Of a DNA stretch of 64,000 nt, positions 26,968 to 36,808 are shown in pieces. The notes below the pieces were generated by a model that saw only the letters and a list, made by a program, of their open reading frames with translations, was not told where the DNA came from and ran no database searches. Both the position numbers and the translations under genes were made by a program. The stretch covers positions 2,432,001-2,496,000 of the forward strand of contig OZ223236.1 in NCBI GenBank assembly GCA_965140445.1, in the 5' to 3' direction. The first letter of the stretch is position 1. Each line of letters starts with the position of its first letter. This stretch comes from Candidatus Ozemobacteraceae bacterium (GTDB lineage: Bacteria; Muiribacteriota; Ozemobacteria; Ozemobacterales; Ozemobacteraceae).

Positions 26968-29105
26968 TGATGACCAATACTATTAAGAAAAGAGCTGAAA
27001 AGTCTCCTTTGATTCAGGTTTCAAGTAAAGATGAACAAAGTTTTTCTTTTGAAATTAAGGGAAAAGCTTTCCAGCAGGGTTATCTGTTTCTAAACCCTAT
27101 GATGAAAGAGATCTTTCCATTTCGTGAGGATCTTTGCTCTATTACTTTTATTGACGATGATGAGGTTGTTCATTCTGCTATATATCATAAAATGAGAGGC
27201 TACATGGTATGTCTTACATTTAGTGAGTGGTGGGAAAGACATCAGATAAAAGAAGGTGATACTGTAACCATAGAAGCTCTAAGCCTCGAAGATAGAAAAT
27301 ATCGCCTTAAGCATATGTTGGAAACACAGACTGAAGTTGAAAAAGCAACAGAAGATTTCACTTTTAAAATCTCATCTGTTGAAGATTCTTCAATTTTTTA
27401 CAACGATCACAATCTGGATGTTTTGCGCAAACTTGTAAAGAATGAATTCTCACCATATCAGGAAACTAATCTCATTCAAATGGGCGAAGAAATCGCCGCT
27501 GATATGTGCTCTGGTGAACTTTTAGCCTTAAAAACCTGTTTTGGAGTAAGCACTTACGTTCATCAGGTTCAAACTGCCAAAATGGTAATTGAAAATCTTA
27601 ATGGAAGAGCATTGCTTGCAGATGAGGTTGGTCTTGGTAAGACAATTGAAGCTGGTCTTATTCTTAAAGAATATTTATTAAGAGGAATGGCTAAAAAAGT
27701 ATTAATTTTGACTCCAGCTTCCTTGATTACTCAGTGGCAGCAGGAATTGAAAACCAAGTTTGACCTTTCCTTTAAAAATCATCTTGAAATCAATGACTGG
27801 GAAGAATCTGATCTTGTTATTGCCTCTCTTGATACCGCAAAAAGCTCAAAAAATCAGAATGCAGTTCAGAGAATTAAGTATGACCTGTTAATCGTTGATG
27901 AAGCGCATAAGCTTAAAAATAAGAAGACCAAAAACTGGAGATTCGTAAACGCAATTAACACCAAATATTTGCTTATGCTTACAGCGACTCCTATTCAGAA
28001 TGATCTTATTGAGTTGTTTAATCTTATCTCAATTTTGCGCCCAGGCCATCTTTCAACCATGCAGAAATTCAAAGATGAATTTTTGGCTGAAAGAGATAAG
28101 AGAATGCCTAAAAATTCCCTTCGCTTAAGAGAAATGCTCTCTGAAATCATGATTAGACACAGAAGAGCTGATACTTTGATTAAATTTCCACAGAGATTTG
28201 TTCATACGCATAGTATTGAATTGAATCCTGATGAAGCCGAACTTTATCGCGAACTTACAGAATTCATCAGAAGAAGATATTTCACCCTTCCAACACATAA
28301 GAATCCTCGTGGAATCAACAGACTTACTCTTATTCTCCTCCAGAAGCTTATGGGAAGTTCAACTCAGGCTTTAGCTAAAGCTTTGAGAAAAATGATTTCA
28401 AGTAACTTTTATAAGGATGATTTCGATCACTCGCTAAAAAGATTGCTTGAGTTGGCTGAAAAAGCAGGAACTTCAAAGAAAGCTCAGGTTCTTTTTGAGC
28501 TTCTCAAGAATGTAAAAGACAAAGTTATTATTTTTACTCAGTTCCGCGGAACTCAGGATTTCCTGGTTAAGTCTCTTAAGGAACAAGGCTATTCACTGGC
28601 AGTTTTCAATGGTCAGATGAATCAGGCTGAAAAAGACAGGTGCATTGAAGATTTCAGAAATGAAAAACAGATTCTGATTTCAACCGAGTCCGGGGGAGAA
28701 GGACGCAACCTTCAATTCTGTAAAGTCCTGGTTAACTACGATTTACCTTGGAACCCGATGAGAATTGAACAGAGAATTGGTCGTATCCATCGTCTTGGAC
28801 AAACCGACGATGTTCATATTATAAATTTAAGCGCCAAAGATACCATTGAATCTTATGTTCTTGAGCTTCTTGATAAGAAAATTAATCTTTTCAGACTGAT
28901 TATTGGTGAGCTTGAAATGATTCTTGGAAACATGCAGTCTAAGAGAACCCTTGAGCAGATTATTATTGATATTGTTACATTGTCACCAAACCAGGAAGCA
29001 ATGAAACGAAAGTTCAAAACTCTTGGAAACAAACTGGAAAAAGCCTTAAAAACACATTCAGACATTACAACTGCTCAGGAGGAAATCTTCAATGGCGACG
29101 AATAG
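26967..29105 (+). CDS. SNF2-family helicase (YqhH-like) with N-terminal B3-like domain
   Basis: LADEVGLGKT, DEAH, LTATP, STESGGEGRNLQ and YDLPWNPMRIEQRIGRIHR. Confidence 0.9.
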   Translation: MMTNTIKKRAEKSPLIQVSSKDEQSFSFEIKGKAFQQGYLFLNPMMKEIFPFREDLCSITFIDDDEVVHSAIYHKMRGYMVCLTFSEWWERHQIKEGDTVTIEALSLEDRKYRLKHMLETQTEVEKATEDFTFKISSVEDSSIFYNDHNLDVLRKLVKNEFSPYQETNLIQMGEEIAADMCSGELLALKTCFGVSTYVHQVQTAKMVIENLNGRALLADEVGLGKTIEAGLILKEYLLRGMAKKVLILTPASLITQWQQELKTKFDLSFKNHLEINDWEESDLVIASLDTAKSSKNQNAVQRIKYDLLIVDEAHKLKNKKTKNWRFVNAINTKYLLMLTATPIQNDLIELFNLISILRPGHLSTMQKFKDEFLAERDKRMPKNSLRLREMLSEIMIRHRRADTLIKFPQRFVHTHSIELNPDEAELYRELTEFIRRRYFTLPTHKNPRGINRLTLILLQKLMGSSTQALAKALRKMISSNFYKDDFDHSLKRLLELAEKAGTSKKAQVLFELLKNVKDKVIIFTQFRGTQDFLVKSLKEQGYSLAVFNGQMNQAEKDRCIEDFRNEKQILISTESGGEGRNLQFCKVLVNYDLPWNPMRIEQRIGRIHRLGQTDDVHIINLSAKDTIESYVLELLDKKINLFRLIIGELEMILGNMQSKRTLEQIIIDIVTLSPNQEAMKRKFKTLGNKLEKALKTHSDITTAQEEIFNGDE

Positions 29106-30045
29106 AATTAAAGACCTTGTATTTGCATTCATGGATATGGTGAAAATTGAAACCAAAGAAGTTGTTCCAAATGTCTGGTGGTTTAAAGTTCCAGAAAAAG
29201 AACAGAACTTTTTCAATGGATTTGAAGAACTAAAATTCACATTTGAAAGAGAAATTGCAGAGCAACACAGAGATACAGAACTTATATGTGATGGGTCGTT
29301 TCTACTTAGAAAAATTATTGAGCGCCTTGCAGAAGTGCCTAAAGCAAGTCGGATGTTTGCTACCTGCAAACCTGAAATTCCACCTGTAAGTGATGGTGGT
29401 GAACTTAGGGTTGTTGATACAGATAATGTTTATTATCGCCAGAAAGTAATTTTTAATTTTAAAGTGCAGTTTGAGTGTGATCAGCGCAAGGAAATGCTTT
29501 TCTCAATATCTGCAGATCCAGCCGATTCATCTTTGGAGCTTCAGAAAGGGCTTAAAGAAATAGACTTATCAGGCTTTTCAGAAAAACCACAAGATGGAAT
29601 AAAAATAGAGGAATCTGGTCAGGATGTTTTACGTTTGTATTTGCAAGCGTGCCAGAATCTTGAAAAAGAGCTTGAAACTGAAATTGCAGAAGTTAAAAAT
29701 TGGGGCAAAAAGCAGTGTGATGAAGAGCTTGAAAAATTTGAAGCTTATCTTGAAGAGCAAAAACAGGAGCTGTTAAAAAAGAAAGAAAATGTGTGTTTCC
29801 ATCTATATTTCTTTCAAAAGGAAGAGGAGATAGACACTCTAATTAACAATCTTGAACAGGAAAGAATGCGAAAAATTTCTGAGCTTCAGGAAAAGTTTTC
29901 TCTTAAAGTTAGAATAAACCTCATCAATGCTGTGATATTATGTATCCCAACGGTTGGAACTCTTTCGAGAAAAACCAGAAAAACTACTGCAAAAGTCAGA
30001 ACTCCTGGCAAGGCTTCAGGTTTAGAGGCTAAATCAGCAGTATAG
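29092..30045 (+). CDS. YqhG-like helicase partner protein
   Basis: Overlaps the SNF2 gene; long C-terminal coiled coil; resembles the Bacillus yqhG/yqhH pairing. Confidence 0.5.
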   Translation: MATNRIKDLVFAFMDMVKIETKEVVPNVWWFKVPEKEQNFFNGFEELKFTFEREIAEQHRDTELICDGSFLLRKIIERLAEVPKASRMFATCKPEIPPVSDGGELRVVDTDNVYYRQKVIFNFKVQFECDQRKEMLFSISADPADSSLELQKGLKEIDLSGFSEKPQDGIKIEESGQDVLRLYLQACQNLEKELETEIAEVKNWGKKQCDEELEKFEAYLEEQKQELLKKKENVCFHLYFFQKEEEIDTLINNLEQERMRKISELQEKFSLKVRINLINAVILCIPTVGTLSRKTRKTTAKVRTPGKASGLEAKSAV

Positions 30046-30063
30046 TAGCGTTGGAGGCAAGAA

Positions 30064-30366
30064 ATGTTTTTTAAACAGGTGATGATAGGCTTTATCATAT
30101 TGGGAATCTGTGGATATCTTTTTGGTGACCATCTATTCTGGTTTCAAGGGAATCTCATGATGAGATGGCAATATCCACTTCCTGCCTATGAAGCTTATGA
30201 AAGGATTGTCCATTATTATCCTGATAGCCAATTTGTTGTTCCTGCAAGGAAGCTTATGGAGCAATTAAGGAAACGGAGTGGTGACCTGGATAAATATCTT
30301 GGCCAGAAAGAGAAAGAGATAAAAAAAATCCAGGCCGAACGAGAGCGAAAGCAATCTTTTCATTAG
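30064..30366 (+). CDS. small membrane-anchored protein (TPR-like helix pair)
   Basis: GGAGG RBS, N-terminal TM, AYEAYERIVHYYPDS. Confidence 0.6.
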   Translation: MFFKQVMIGFIILGICGYLFGDHLFWFQGNLMMRWQYPLPAYEAYERIVHYYPDSQFVVPARKLMEQLRKRSGDLDKYLGQKEKEIKKIQAERERKQSFH

Positions 30367-30432
30367 AAAAATTCATGTTATTATTGAGCTGTATTCAAAT
30401 TTTGAATACAGCTTTTTAATTTGAGGAGTCCT

Positions 30433-31257
30433 ATGTCGGTAAGAAAACAACCCGGTCTGGCCAAATGGCAAAAGACTTTACATGAAATAATTTTTGAAGC
30501 AGATACTCTTTCTGGCAAAATTTTTGACATATTTTTAATCCTTTCAATTGTTTTAAGCGTTGCGGTTGTAATGCTCGACAGTGTGGGATCTATAAAAGCT
30601 GAATACGGCAATCTTCTTTGGCTTACAGATTGGGTTTTGACTATTCTTTTCACCGTAGAATATTTTTTAAGACTTGCCTGTGTCGGAAGTCCTGCCGCGT
30701 ATGCCAAAAGCTTTTATGGGATTGTTGATATTCTGGCGATTTTACCTACCTATTTAAGTTTGTTTTTGCCCGGAACTCATTATTTATCAATAATAAGGAT
30801 TTTCCGTGTTCTAAGAATTTTCCGTGTCCTTAAGCTTGTTCAATACATTGGAGAAGCTGATTTTCTTGCAAAGGCGCTTCACGCCAGTCGACGGAAAATA
30901 ACTGTTTTTCTTTTTGCGGTTGTCACTTTGATAGTTGTTCTGGGTTCTGCTATGTATGTTATTGAAGGCGGAGAAAACGGTTTTACAAGTATTCCGGTAA
31001 GTATTTACTGGGCAGTAGTTACAATGACCACGGTTGGTTATGGTGACATTTCCCCTAAAACTCCTCTTGGGCAGGCGTTGGCGGTAATTATAATGATTGT
31101 TGGTTATGGAATCATAGCGGTTCCAACCGGTATTGTTTCAGTCGAACTTAGCGGAATTGGTGATAAAAAAGGCTCAACACAAGCTTGTCAGGACTGCAGC
31201 GCAGAAGGGCATGATGAAGACGCTGTATTTTGCAAATATTGCGGAGCAAAGCTTTAA
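30433..31257 (+). CDS. voltage-gated K+ channel family ion transporter
   Basis: S4 RIFRVLRIFRVLKL, filter TTVGYGD, C-terminal CxxC..CxxC. Start is ATG 30433 after GAGGAG. Confidence 0.92.
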   Translation: MSVRKQPGLAKWQKTLHEIIFEADTLSGKIFDIFLILSIVLSVAVVMLDSVGSIKAEYGNLLWLTDWVLTILFTVEYFLRLACVGSPAAYAKSFYGIVDILAILPTYLSLFLPGTHYLSIIRIFRVLRIFRVLKLVQYIGEADFLAKALHASRRKITVFLFAVVTLIVVLGSAMYVIEGGENGFTSIPVSIYWAVVTMTTVGYGDISPKTPLGQALAVIIMIVGYGIIAVPTGIVSVELSGIGDKKGSTQACQDCSAEGHDEDAVFCKYCGAKL

Positions 31258-31320
31258 CAGCAGTTCAGATGGCTATTGCACACTATTGTCTGATTAGATA
31301 ACAAGAAACATTGGAATTAA

Positions 31321-33186
31321 ATGCTAACTTTAACTTTCTACTCTTTTTTTCTTAAGCTTTTTCACTTCTGGTTTGTCGTGGGGCAATTCTTTAATAGCCC
31401 ATTTCCAAATTTAACTTACTTGTCTATCTCAATTGCGGAATTGACCGCTTTCTTTCTAGTTCTGCGTCTCATAAAAAATCCCACCGCCCGGTTTGGAATA
31501 GCCTTTTCATGTAATTTAGCTTTAGGTATTCTCATCCATGGAAGTTACATGTATTACAGGCTTTTTGGGATTCCTTTGTCTTTTTCTCTTGCTCTATTTT
31601 TAGGGAATATTGGATCGATTGGTAGTAGTATTTCCGCGCTTTTAATGCCTTTTGACCTTCTTCTTTACAGTTTGGATTTGATTATACTGGTTTTGCTTTT
31701 CATTAAACCCTTAAAAAATCGGCTTGCCAGGTCTGATGAATTTTTCTCAAAGTTATCCTCTTTAAAACTAATTGCAGTTTTTATTGTATTTTTTTCTCTT
31801 TGGGCACTAACGGTTGAGCCTAAAGGTTCCTGGAAAGAGCCGTTTTATCGCCAGGACGTTGAATCAATGCTTACGTTCAGCCCTATAGGATATATTGCAA
31901 TTGAAAGCTTCGTTGGAATAAAACAACTTATGATTCCAGAAAAGCTTGATAAAGCTTCTTCTCAATTTGTTACAAAAGTTTTGGAGAAGGAAAAACAGCT
32001 TTTTGAATCTCTGAATAATAATATTCCCTGGAAAGATGGGGCAATAAAACCGGACAAACCAAATATATTTATTATTCAGGTTGAATCGCTCATGGCGGGA
32101 TTTCTTGGGCAGAAAATCAACGGGGTTGAGGTTTTGCCAAATCTTACCCGATTGGCAAGTGAAGGAATTTATCTGGAAAATTTCTATTCACATGCTTTGG
32201 CGACTTCAGATTCTGATTTCAGCACTTTGACCTCGTTATTGCCATTAGAGAAAAAAGTTGCTCATTTGAGCTGTTATAAGAATCACTTTATTTCACTTCC
32301 CAATGTTCTTCACAAATATGATTATTTTTCACTGTATGGGAACGGCGCTCCAAAAGACTTCTGGAATTTCAATACCATGAACACTTCTTTGGGGTTTAAA
32401 GAACAAATTTATAAAGAAAACCTGCTCTCTGGGAATATGGTCGGAGCATGGCTTAGTGATAAAGAGTTTTTGAGTCGCATGGTTGATAAAGTTAGAAGTT
32501 TAAAAAAGCCTGTTTTTGCAATGTTTTTAACCAGTAGTTCTCACCATCCCTTTAATTTTAAGGAGCTTCCGCTGGTAATTTCCTCTCCTGATAACGATCC
32601 ACTAAATGTTGAAAAAGCTCAATATGCTAATTCGATTAATTATGCTGATGCTGCAATTGGAGATTTCATTAAAAAGCTAAATGATATTGGGATTCTATCT
32701 AATTCAATTGTAGTTATCTATGGCGATCACCCAATGATGTTGGCTTATCAAGGGAAAGAATTAAGAGAAAAATATGGTTCCCTTCCTTCCAGCGAAAAGG
32801 TTATAAGATTTTTGAATTCCAGGGTTCCTTGTATAATCTATTCTCCAGGTTTGCTTGCTCCTCAGATAAATAGCAAATTTTGCGGTCAGATCGATATAGC
32901 ACCTACAATTCTTTCACTATGTGGAGTTAAAAAGACAGACTTTTTTATTGGAAACTCTGTGTTTTCTGATTCTCCTGGGTTTGTAACTCATAAATTTTTC
33001 ATGGGTAGGACCGAAAAACAGCTTTTTTGGGGCCGGAAATGGGGTAAGAGTGGATTTGAAAACGTATATAGTCTACAAACCCTAAAGAGGGAAAATGCCC
33101 TACCTGATGTGGATCGGGCTTTCGATTTAGTTCGCCTTTCAGAATTGATACTTGAGTTTGATTTAGAGAAGCAAAGTAATTTTTAA
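31321..33186 (+). CDS. LTA synthase-family / sulfatase-like membrane protein
   Basis: Five N-terminal TMs; PNIFIIQVES, TSDSDF, SSHHPF, YGDH and QIDIAPTIL. Confidence 0.85.
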   Translation: MLTLTFYSFFLKLFHFWFVVGQFFNSPFPNLTYLSISIAELTAFFLVLRLIKNPTARFGIAFSCNLALGILIHGSYMYYRLFGIPLSFSLALFLGNIGSIGSSISALLMPFDLLLYSLDLIILVLLFIKPLKNRLARSDEFFSKLSSLKLIAVFIVFFSLWALTVEPKGSWKEPFYRQDVESMLTFSPIGYIAIESFVGIKQLMIPEKLDKASSQFVTKVLEKEKQLFESLNNNIPWKDGAIKPDKPNIFIIQVESLMAGFLGQKINGVEVLPNLTRLASEGIYLENFYSHALATSDSDFSTLTSLLPLEKKVAHLSCYKNHFISLPNVLHKYDYFSLYGNGAPKDFWNFNTMNTSLGFKEQIYKENLLSGNMVGAWLSDKEFLSRMVDKVRSLKKPVFAMFLTSSSHHPFNFKELPLVISSPDNDPLNVEKAQYANSINYADAAIGDFIKKLNDIGILSNSIVVIYGDHPMMLAYQGKELREKYGSLPSSEKVIRFLNSRVPCIIYSPGLLAPQINSKFCGQIDIAPTILSLCGVKKTDFFIGNSVFSDSPGFVTHKFFMGRTEKQLFWGRKWGKSGFENVYSLQTLKRENALPDVDRAFDLVRLSELILEFDLEKQSNF

Positions 33187-33302
33187 CTCTGAAATAGTTT
33201 GGTAATAAGAGTCTGGAAAATAACTTGGCATAAATAGCCTGTTTTGTTTTAGAATTTTCTGGTATAAATATACCGTTAATAAAGGAAAAGGGGTGAAGAG
33301 AA

Positions 33303-34478
33303 ATGGTTCTTTTTAAGCGTCTCTGGTTAATAGCAATTGCTCTTTTAATGATTGCTCAACCCGCTATTTGGGCTTTAAAAGCATGCCCTGAGTGTGCAAA
33401 AACTTTTTCAGACGAAGTTAATTTTTGTCCCATCCATGGAAAAAAACTTGCAGTCGTTCCCCAGGAAGAGACTTTTAAAGTCAGGCTAAAAACCACACCT
33501 GATAAAGTGGGAATTAAACTTAACGATGAAAAGATTTTGTTAAAAGAAACCGAACTTAAATCAGGGCTTTGGCATTCATTCCATTTCTCTGCAGAGGGTC
33601 ATTTACCTCTTGATTTAGGAATTAGAAGAATTAATCCTTCTTTGATTGAAATGCGGGTAAATTTGCCAGAAAAGCCAATAGATCCAAAGCTCGTTAAAGC
33701 CAAAAAAATTGAAAATAAGGCTGACAACCGGGATCTTGATATGGTTGAAATAAAAGCTGGTACATATATGGTGGGTAATGACCATGGAAATCATGATGAA
33801 AGGCCAGTTAGAAGTGTTGAAACAAAAGCTTTCTGGGTTGATCGTTTTGAAGTTACTTGTGCTCAGTATCAAAGATTCCTGGATGATATTAGAAAAAATG
33901 GTCATAAATGGTGCCATCCAAGTGAATCGGATACTAAGGATCATACCCCTTATCATACTTATGCATGGGCTTTAAGATTTAGCTGGATTGGTGGAAACTT
34001 TCCCCGTGGAATGGAAAATGAGCCCGTTGTATTAGTGGATTGGTTTGATGCCTATGCTTATGCTAAATGGGCTGGGAAGAGACTTCCTACTGAAACAGAG
34101 TGGGAGATTGTTGCAAGAGGCGGAGATGGTCGGGAATATCCATGGGGAAGTACTTTTTCTGCAGATAAATGCAATGTTGGTGATAAGCCATTAGATGTTG
34201 GCTCTTTTCCTGACGGTGCTTCGCCCTGGGGAGTTTTAGATTTGGCAGGTAATGTTGCTGAATGGACATCTACTGCCTATGAGCCAGATCCAAAGGATAG
34301 TTTCGAGTTTCAGGGAAGATACGGACTTCCAATTATTAAAGGCGGAAGCTGGGATGATGTTTCTAAAGGATGCAGGTCATCAGCTAGAGACGTAAGGCGT
34401 TCCCCATATTACAGAAGTACAACGGTTGGATTTAGATGCGTTTCAGATGTTCCGCCGTGGGAGCTTCAAACAAAGTAA
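33303..34478 (+). CDS. exported FGE/SUMF1-domain protein with N-terminal zinc ribbon
   Basis: FEVT, RLPTETEWE, YPWG, GNVAEW, KGGSW and GFRCV; CPEC...CPIHG after the signal peptide. Confidence 0.85.
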   Translation: MVLFKRLWLIAIALLMIAQPAIWALKACPECAKTFSDEVNFCPIHGKKLAVVPQEETFKVRLKTTPDKVGIKLNDEKILLKETELKSGLWHSFHFSAEGHLPLDLGIRRINPSLIEMRVNLPEKPIDPKLVKAKKIENKADNRDLDMVEIKAGTYMVGNDHGNHDERPVRSVETKAFWVDRFEVTCAQYQRFLDDIRKNGHKWCHPSESDTKDHTPYHTYAWALRFSWIGGNFPRGMENEPVVLVDWFDAYAYAKWAGKRLPTETEWEIVARGGDGREYPWGSTFSADKCNVGDKPLDVGSFPDGASPWGVLDLAGNVAEWTSTAYEPDPKDSFEFQGRYGLPIIKGGSWDDVSKGCRSSARDVRRSPYYRSTTVGFRCVSDVPPWELQTK

Positions 34479-34479
34479 A

Positions 34480-34521
34480 AAAAAAACTCCCGACTCACAA
34501 ATGCGAGTCGGGAGTTTTTTT
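34480..34521. terminator. bidirectional intrinsic terminator
   Basis: AAAAAAACTCCCGACTC-loop-GAGTCGGGAGTTTTTTT. Confidence 0.92.
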
Positions 34522-34524
34522 ATT

Positions 34525-35727
34525 TTAGCCGACTATTTCAAGGGTATCTTCTGCGATTACCAATTCTTCATTAGTTGGGATTACAAGAACTTTTACTTTT
34601 GAATCTGGAGTAGTGATATCGCCTTCTGCGCCTCTCCAGGTTACTTCATTTTTATCAAGATCAAGTTTTATTCCAAACCAATCCATGTTCTTATGAACTA
34701 TGCTTCTTACTATTGGGCTGTTTTCTCCAACCCCGGCTGTCCATACAATTGCATCACAACCATTTAAAACTGCCATGTAAGAACCAATGTATTTTTTGAT
34801 TCGGTGAGAATAAACTTCTAAAGCAAGGTTAGCTCTTTCACTTTTATTTGGCCAATCTTCTTCTAAATCTCTTAGATCGCTTGAAATCTGGCTGATTCCA
34901 AGAACGCCAGAATGTTTATTCAGAAGATTATCCATTTCAGAAGCGGTAAGTTCATATTCTTTCATTATGTGAAGAATTAGAGCAGGATCCATGTCTCCGC
35001 ATCTTGTTCCCATTACGAGACCTTCAAGAGGAGTGTGACCCATTGAGGTGTCCACAGATTTACCTTTGTCAATTGCACAAACAGAGCCACCGTTTCCAAG
35101 GTGGACAGTAATAAGTTTTAGCTCATTTAAAGGTTTTCCAAGCATTTCGGCGGCACGTTTGGCAACGAATCTGTGACTGGTTCCATGGAATCCATATCTT
35201 CTGATTCGGTGTTTTTCGTAGAACATATATGGGAGTGCATAAATATATGCTTCTTCGCCCATTGTCTGATGAAATGCTGTGTCAAACACTGCTACTTGTT
35301 TTACATCTGGAAGAATTGCTTCTACAGCTTCAACGCCTTTTAAGTTTGGTGGATTATGAAGTGGAGCGAATACAATACAATCTCTAATTGCTTGTTTTAC
35401 TTCTTCTGTAATAAGAACGCTTTTTGCAAACTTATCTCCGCCATGAACTATTCTATGACCAACGGCTTCGATTTCATTCAAATTTCCAACAACGCCATTA
35501 TCTTTGCTTGCAATAAGTTCAAAAACCTTTTCAATGCCAACCTTGTGGTCTGGTACATCAAAATCAAAAACCTGTTTTTTGCCGTCGTTTCCTTTTCTAT
35601 AATCCAAGTTAGAACCAGCCATTCCAATTCTTTGAACGAGGCCTTTGCACATTACTTCTTTGGACCCCATGTCAAAAAGCTGATACTTCATTGATGATGA
35701 ACCACAATTTAATACAAGTATTTTCAT
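34525..35727 (-). CDS. ackA: acetate kinase
   Basis: LVLNCGSSSMKY, GHRIVHGG, APLHNP, YGFHGTSH and PTNEEL. Confidence 0.97.
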   Translation of the reverse strand: MKILVLNCGSSSMKYQLFDMGSKEVMCKGLVQRIGMAGSNLDYRKGNDGKKQVFDFDVPDHKVGIEKVFELIASKDNGVVGNLNEIEAVGHRIVHGGDKFAKSVLITEEVKQAIRDCIVFAPLHNPPNLKGVEAVEAILPDVKQVAVFDTAFHQTMGEEAYIYALPYMFYEKHRIRRYGFHGTSHRFVAKRAAEMLGKPLNELKLITVHLGNGGSVCAIDKGKSVDTSMGHTPLEGLVMGTRCGDMDPALILHIMKEYELTASEMDNLLNKHSGVLGISQISSDLRDLEEDWPNKSERANLALEVYSHRIKKYIGSYMAVLNGCDAIVWTAGVGENSPIVRSIVHKNMDWFGIKLDLDKNEVTWRGAEGDITTPDSKVKVLVIPTNEELVIAEDTLEIVG

Positions 35728-35741
35728 AATCTTTCTCCCAA

Positions 35742-36659
35742 TTATTTTCCGTAAGGCAAAGAAAGGTCTTCATTCTTCAAACTGGAGTTTGGAGCCCTGC
35801 TTCCGTCTTTTTCGTATGAGTAGAAACCTCTGTTAGATTTAACACCTAGATAACCGGCTCTTGCCATTTTCTTTAAAAGTTTGGCAGGAAGGTAACTCTG
35901 GTCAAATGTTTCTTTGTAGAGATTTTCCATGTAGAAAACAACATTATCAATTCCGATTCTATCTGCAAGGGTAAGAGGTCCAGCATTTAGCCCAAATCCC
36001 ATTTTCATTGCATCGTCAATTTGGTCACATGAAGCAATGCCTTCTTCAAATACTTTTACTGCCTGATTTATCATTGGAAGAGCGATTCTTGTTGTTACAA
36101 ATCCAGGGCAGTCATATACGGAAATAACTTTCTTTTGCATCATGCCGGCAAACCACAAAGCTGCTTTATAAGTTTCTTCGCTGGTAGCATTTCCTCGGGA
36201 AATTTCTACAAGAGGAACTTTTGGAATTGGGTTCTGAAAGTGCATGGCAATTGTTCTTTCAGGATGCTTACATTCAGAAGCTATATCTGTAATTGAAATT
36301 GTTGCTGAATTAGTAATTATAATTGTCTCAGCTGGACAAATTTCATCAAGCTCCTTAAAAAGCTGGATTTTGGCCTTCAACTTAGTTTTAATTGTTTCAA
36401 CAACAAATTGACCTTTTGCTGCTTCTTTAATATCGGTGGAGGTTTTAATTTTACCGAGAATAACTTTCTTTTCTCCGGCAGTAAGTCCCCATCTTGCTAT
36501 TTCAGCGTCAAGCGATAGTTCTATTCTTTCAAGCGCTTTTTCCAGTTTGTCAGCAAGTCTATCAATTAGAATAACTTGGCAACCAGAAGTTGCTACGGTT
36601 TGGGCTAATTCTCGGCCCATTGTAGCTGCGCCATATACCACAACTGTTTTTTGACTCAT
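35742..36659 (-). CDS. 3-hydroxyacyl-CoA dehydrogenase family protein (divergent)
   Basis: YGAATMG, MHFQNP, PLVE, PGFVTTR, GPLTLADRIGID and GFYSY. True start is ATG 36659 (RBS; the promoter lies within the longer ORF). Confidence 0.85.
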   Translation of the reverse strand: MSQKTVVVYGAATMGRELAQTVATSGCQVILIDRLADKLEKALERIELSLDAEIARWGLTAGEKKVILGKIKTSTDIKEAAKGQFVVETIKTKLKAKIQLFKELDEICPAETIIITNSATISITDIASECKHPERTIAMHFQNPIPKVPLVEISRGNATSEETYKAALWFAGMMQKKVISVYDCPGFVTTRIALPMINQAVKVFEEGIASCDQIDDAMKMGFGLNAGPLTLADRIGIDNVVFYMENLYKETFDQSYLPAKLLKKMARAGYLGVKSNRGFYSYEKDGSRAPNSSLKNEDLSLPYGK

Positions 36660-36720
36660 ATCTAGTTTCTCCCAGGATTTAATATCGAACAGTGTACCCT
36701 TTTTTGTTCTGAAACCAGCT

Positions 36721-36749
36721 AGAATAGCAGTCCAGAAAAGGTGTGTCAA
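36721..36749 (-). promoter_or_regulatory. sigma70 promoter of the dehydrogenase-ackA operon
   Basis: TTGACA-N17-TATTCT with extended TG. Confidence 0.75.
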
Positions 36750-36760
36750 GTTTTGAAAAT

Positions 36761-36797
36761 AAAAAAAGAGGAGCAGCCGTTAAGTTGCTCCTCTTTT
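36761..36797 (-). terminator. intrinsic terminator after PAD gene
   Basis: AAAAGAGGAGCA-loop-TGCTCCTCTTTT. Confidence 0.85.
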
Positions 36798-36808
36798 GAT
36801 CTTAAAAT

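Noticed and set aside
26967..30045. SNF2 helicase as part of an anti-phage system (DISARM/BREX-like)
   Set aside because: No methylase, nuclease or other defence genes adjacent; it fits the YqhH/YqhG-type pair better.
30798..30835. Direct DNA repeat ATTTTCCGTGT
   Set aside because: Encodes the repetitive S4 voltage-sensor helix (RIFRVLRIFRVL).
36660..36749. N-terminal extension of the dehydrogenase given by the ORF track
   Set aside because: The region contains the sigma70 promoter and RBS, so the start is 36659.
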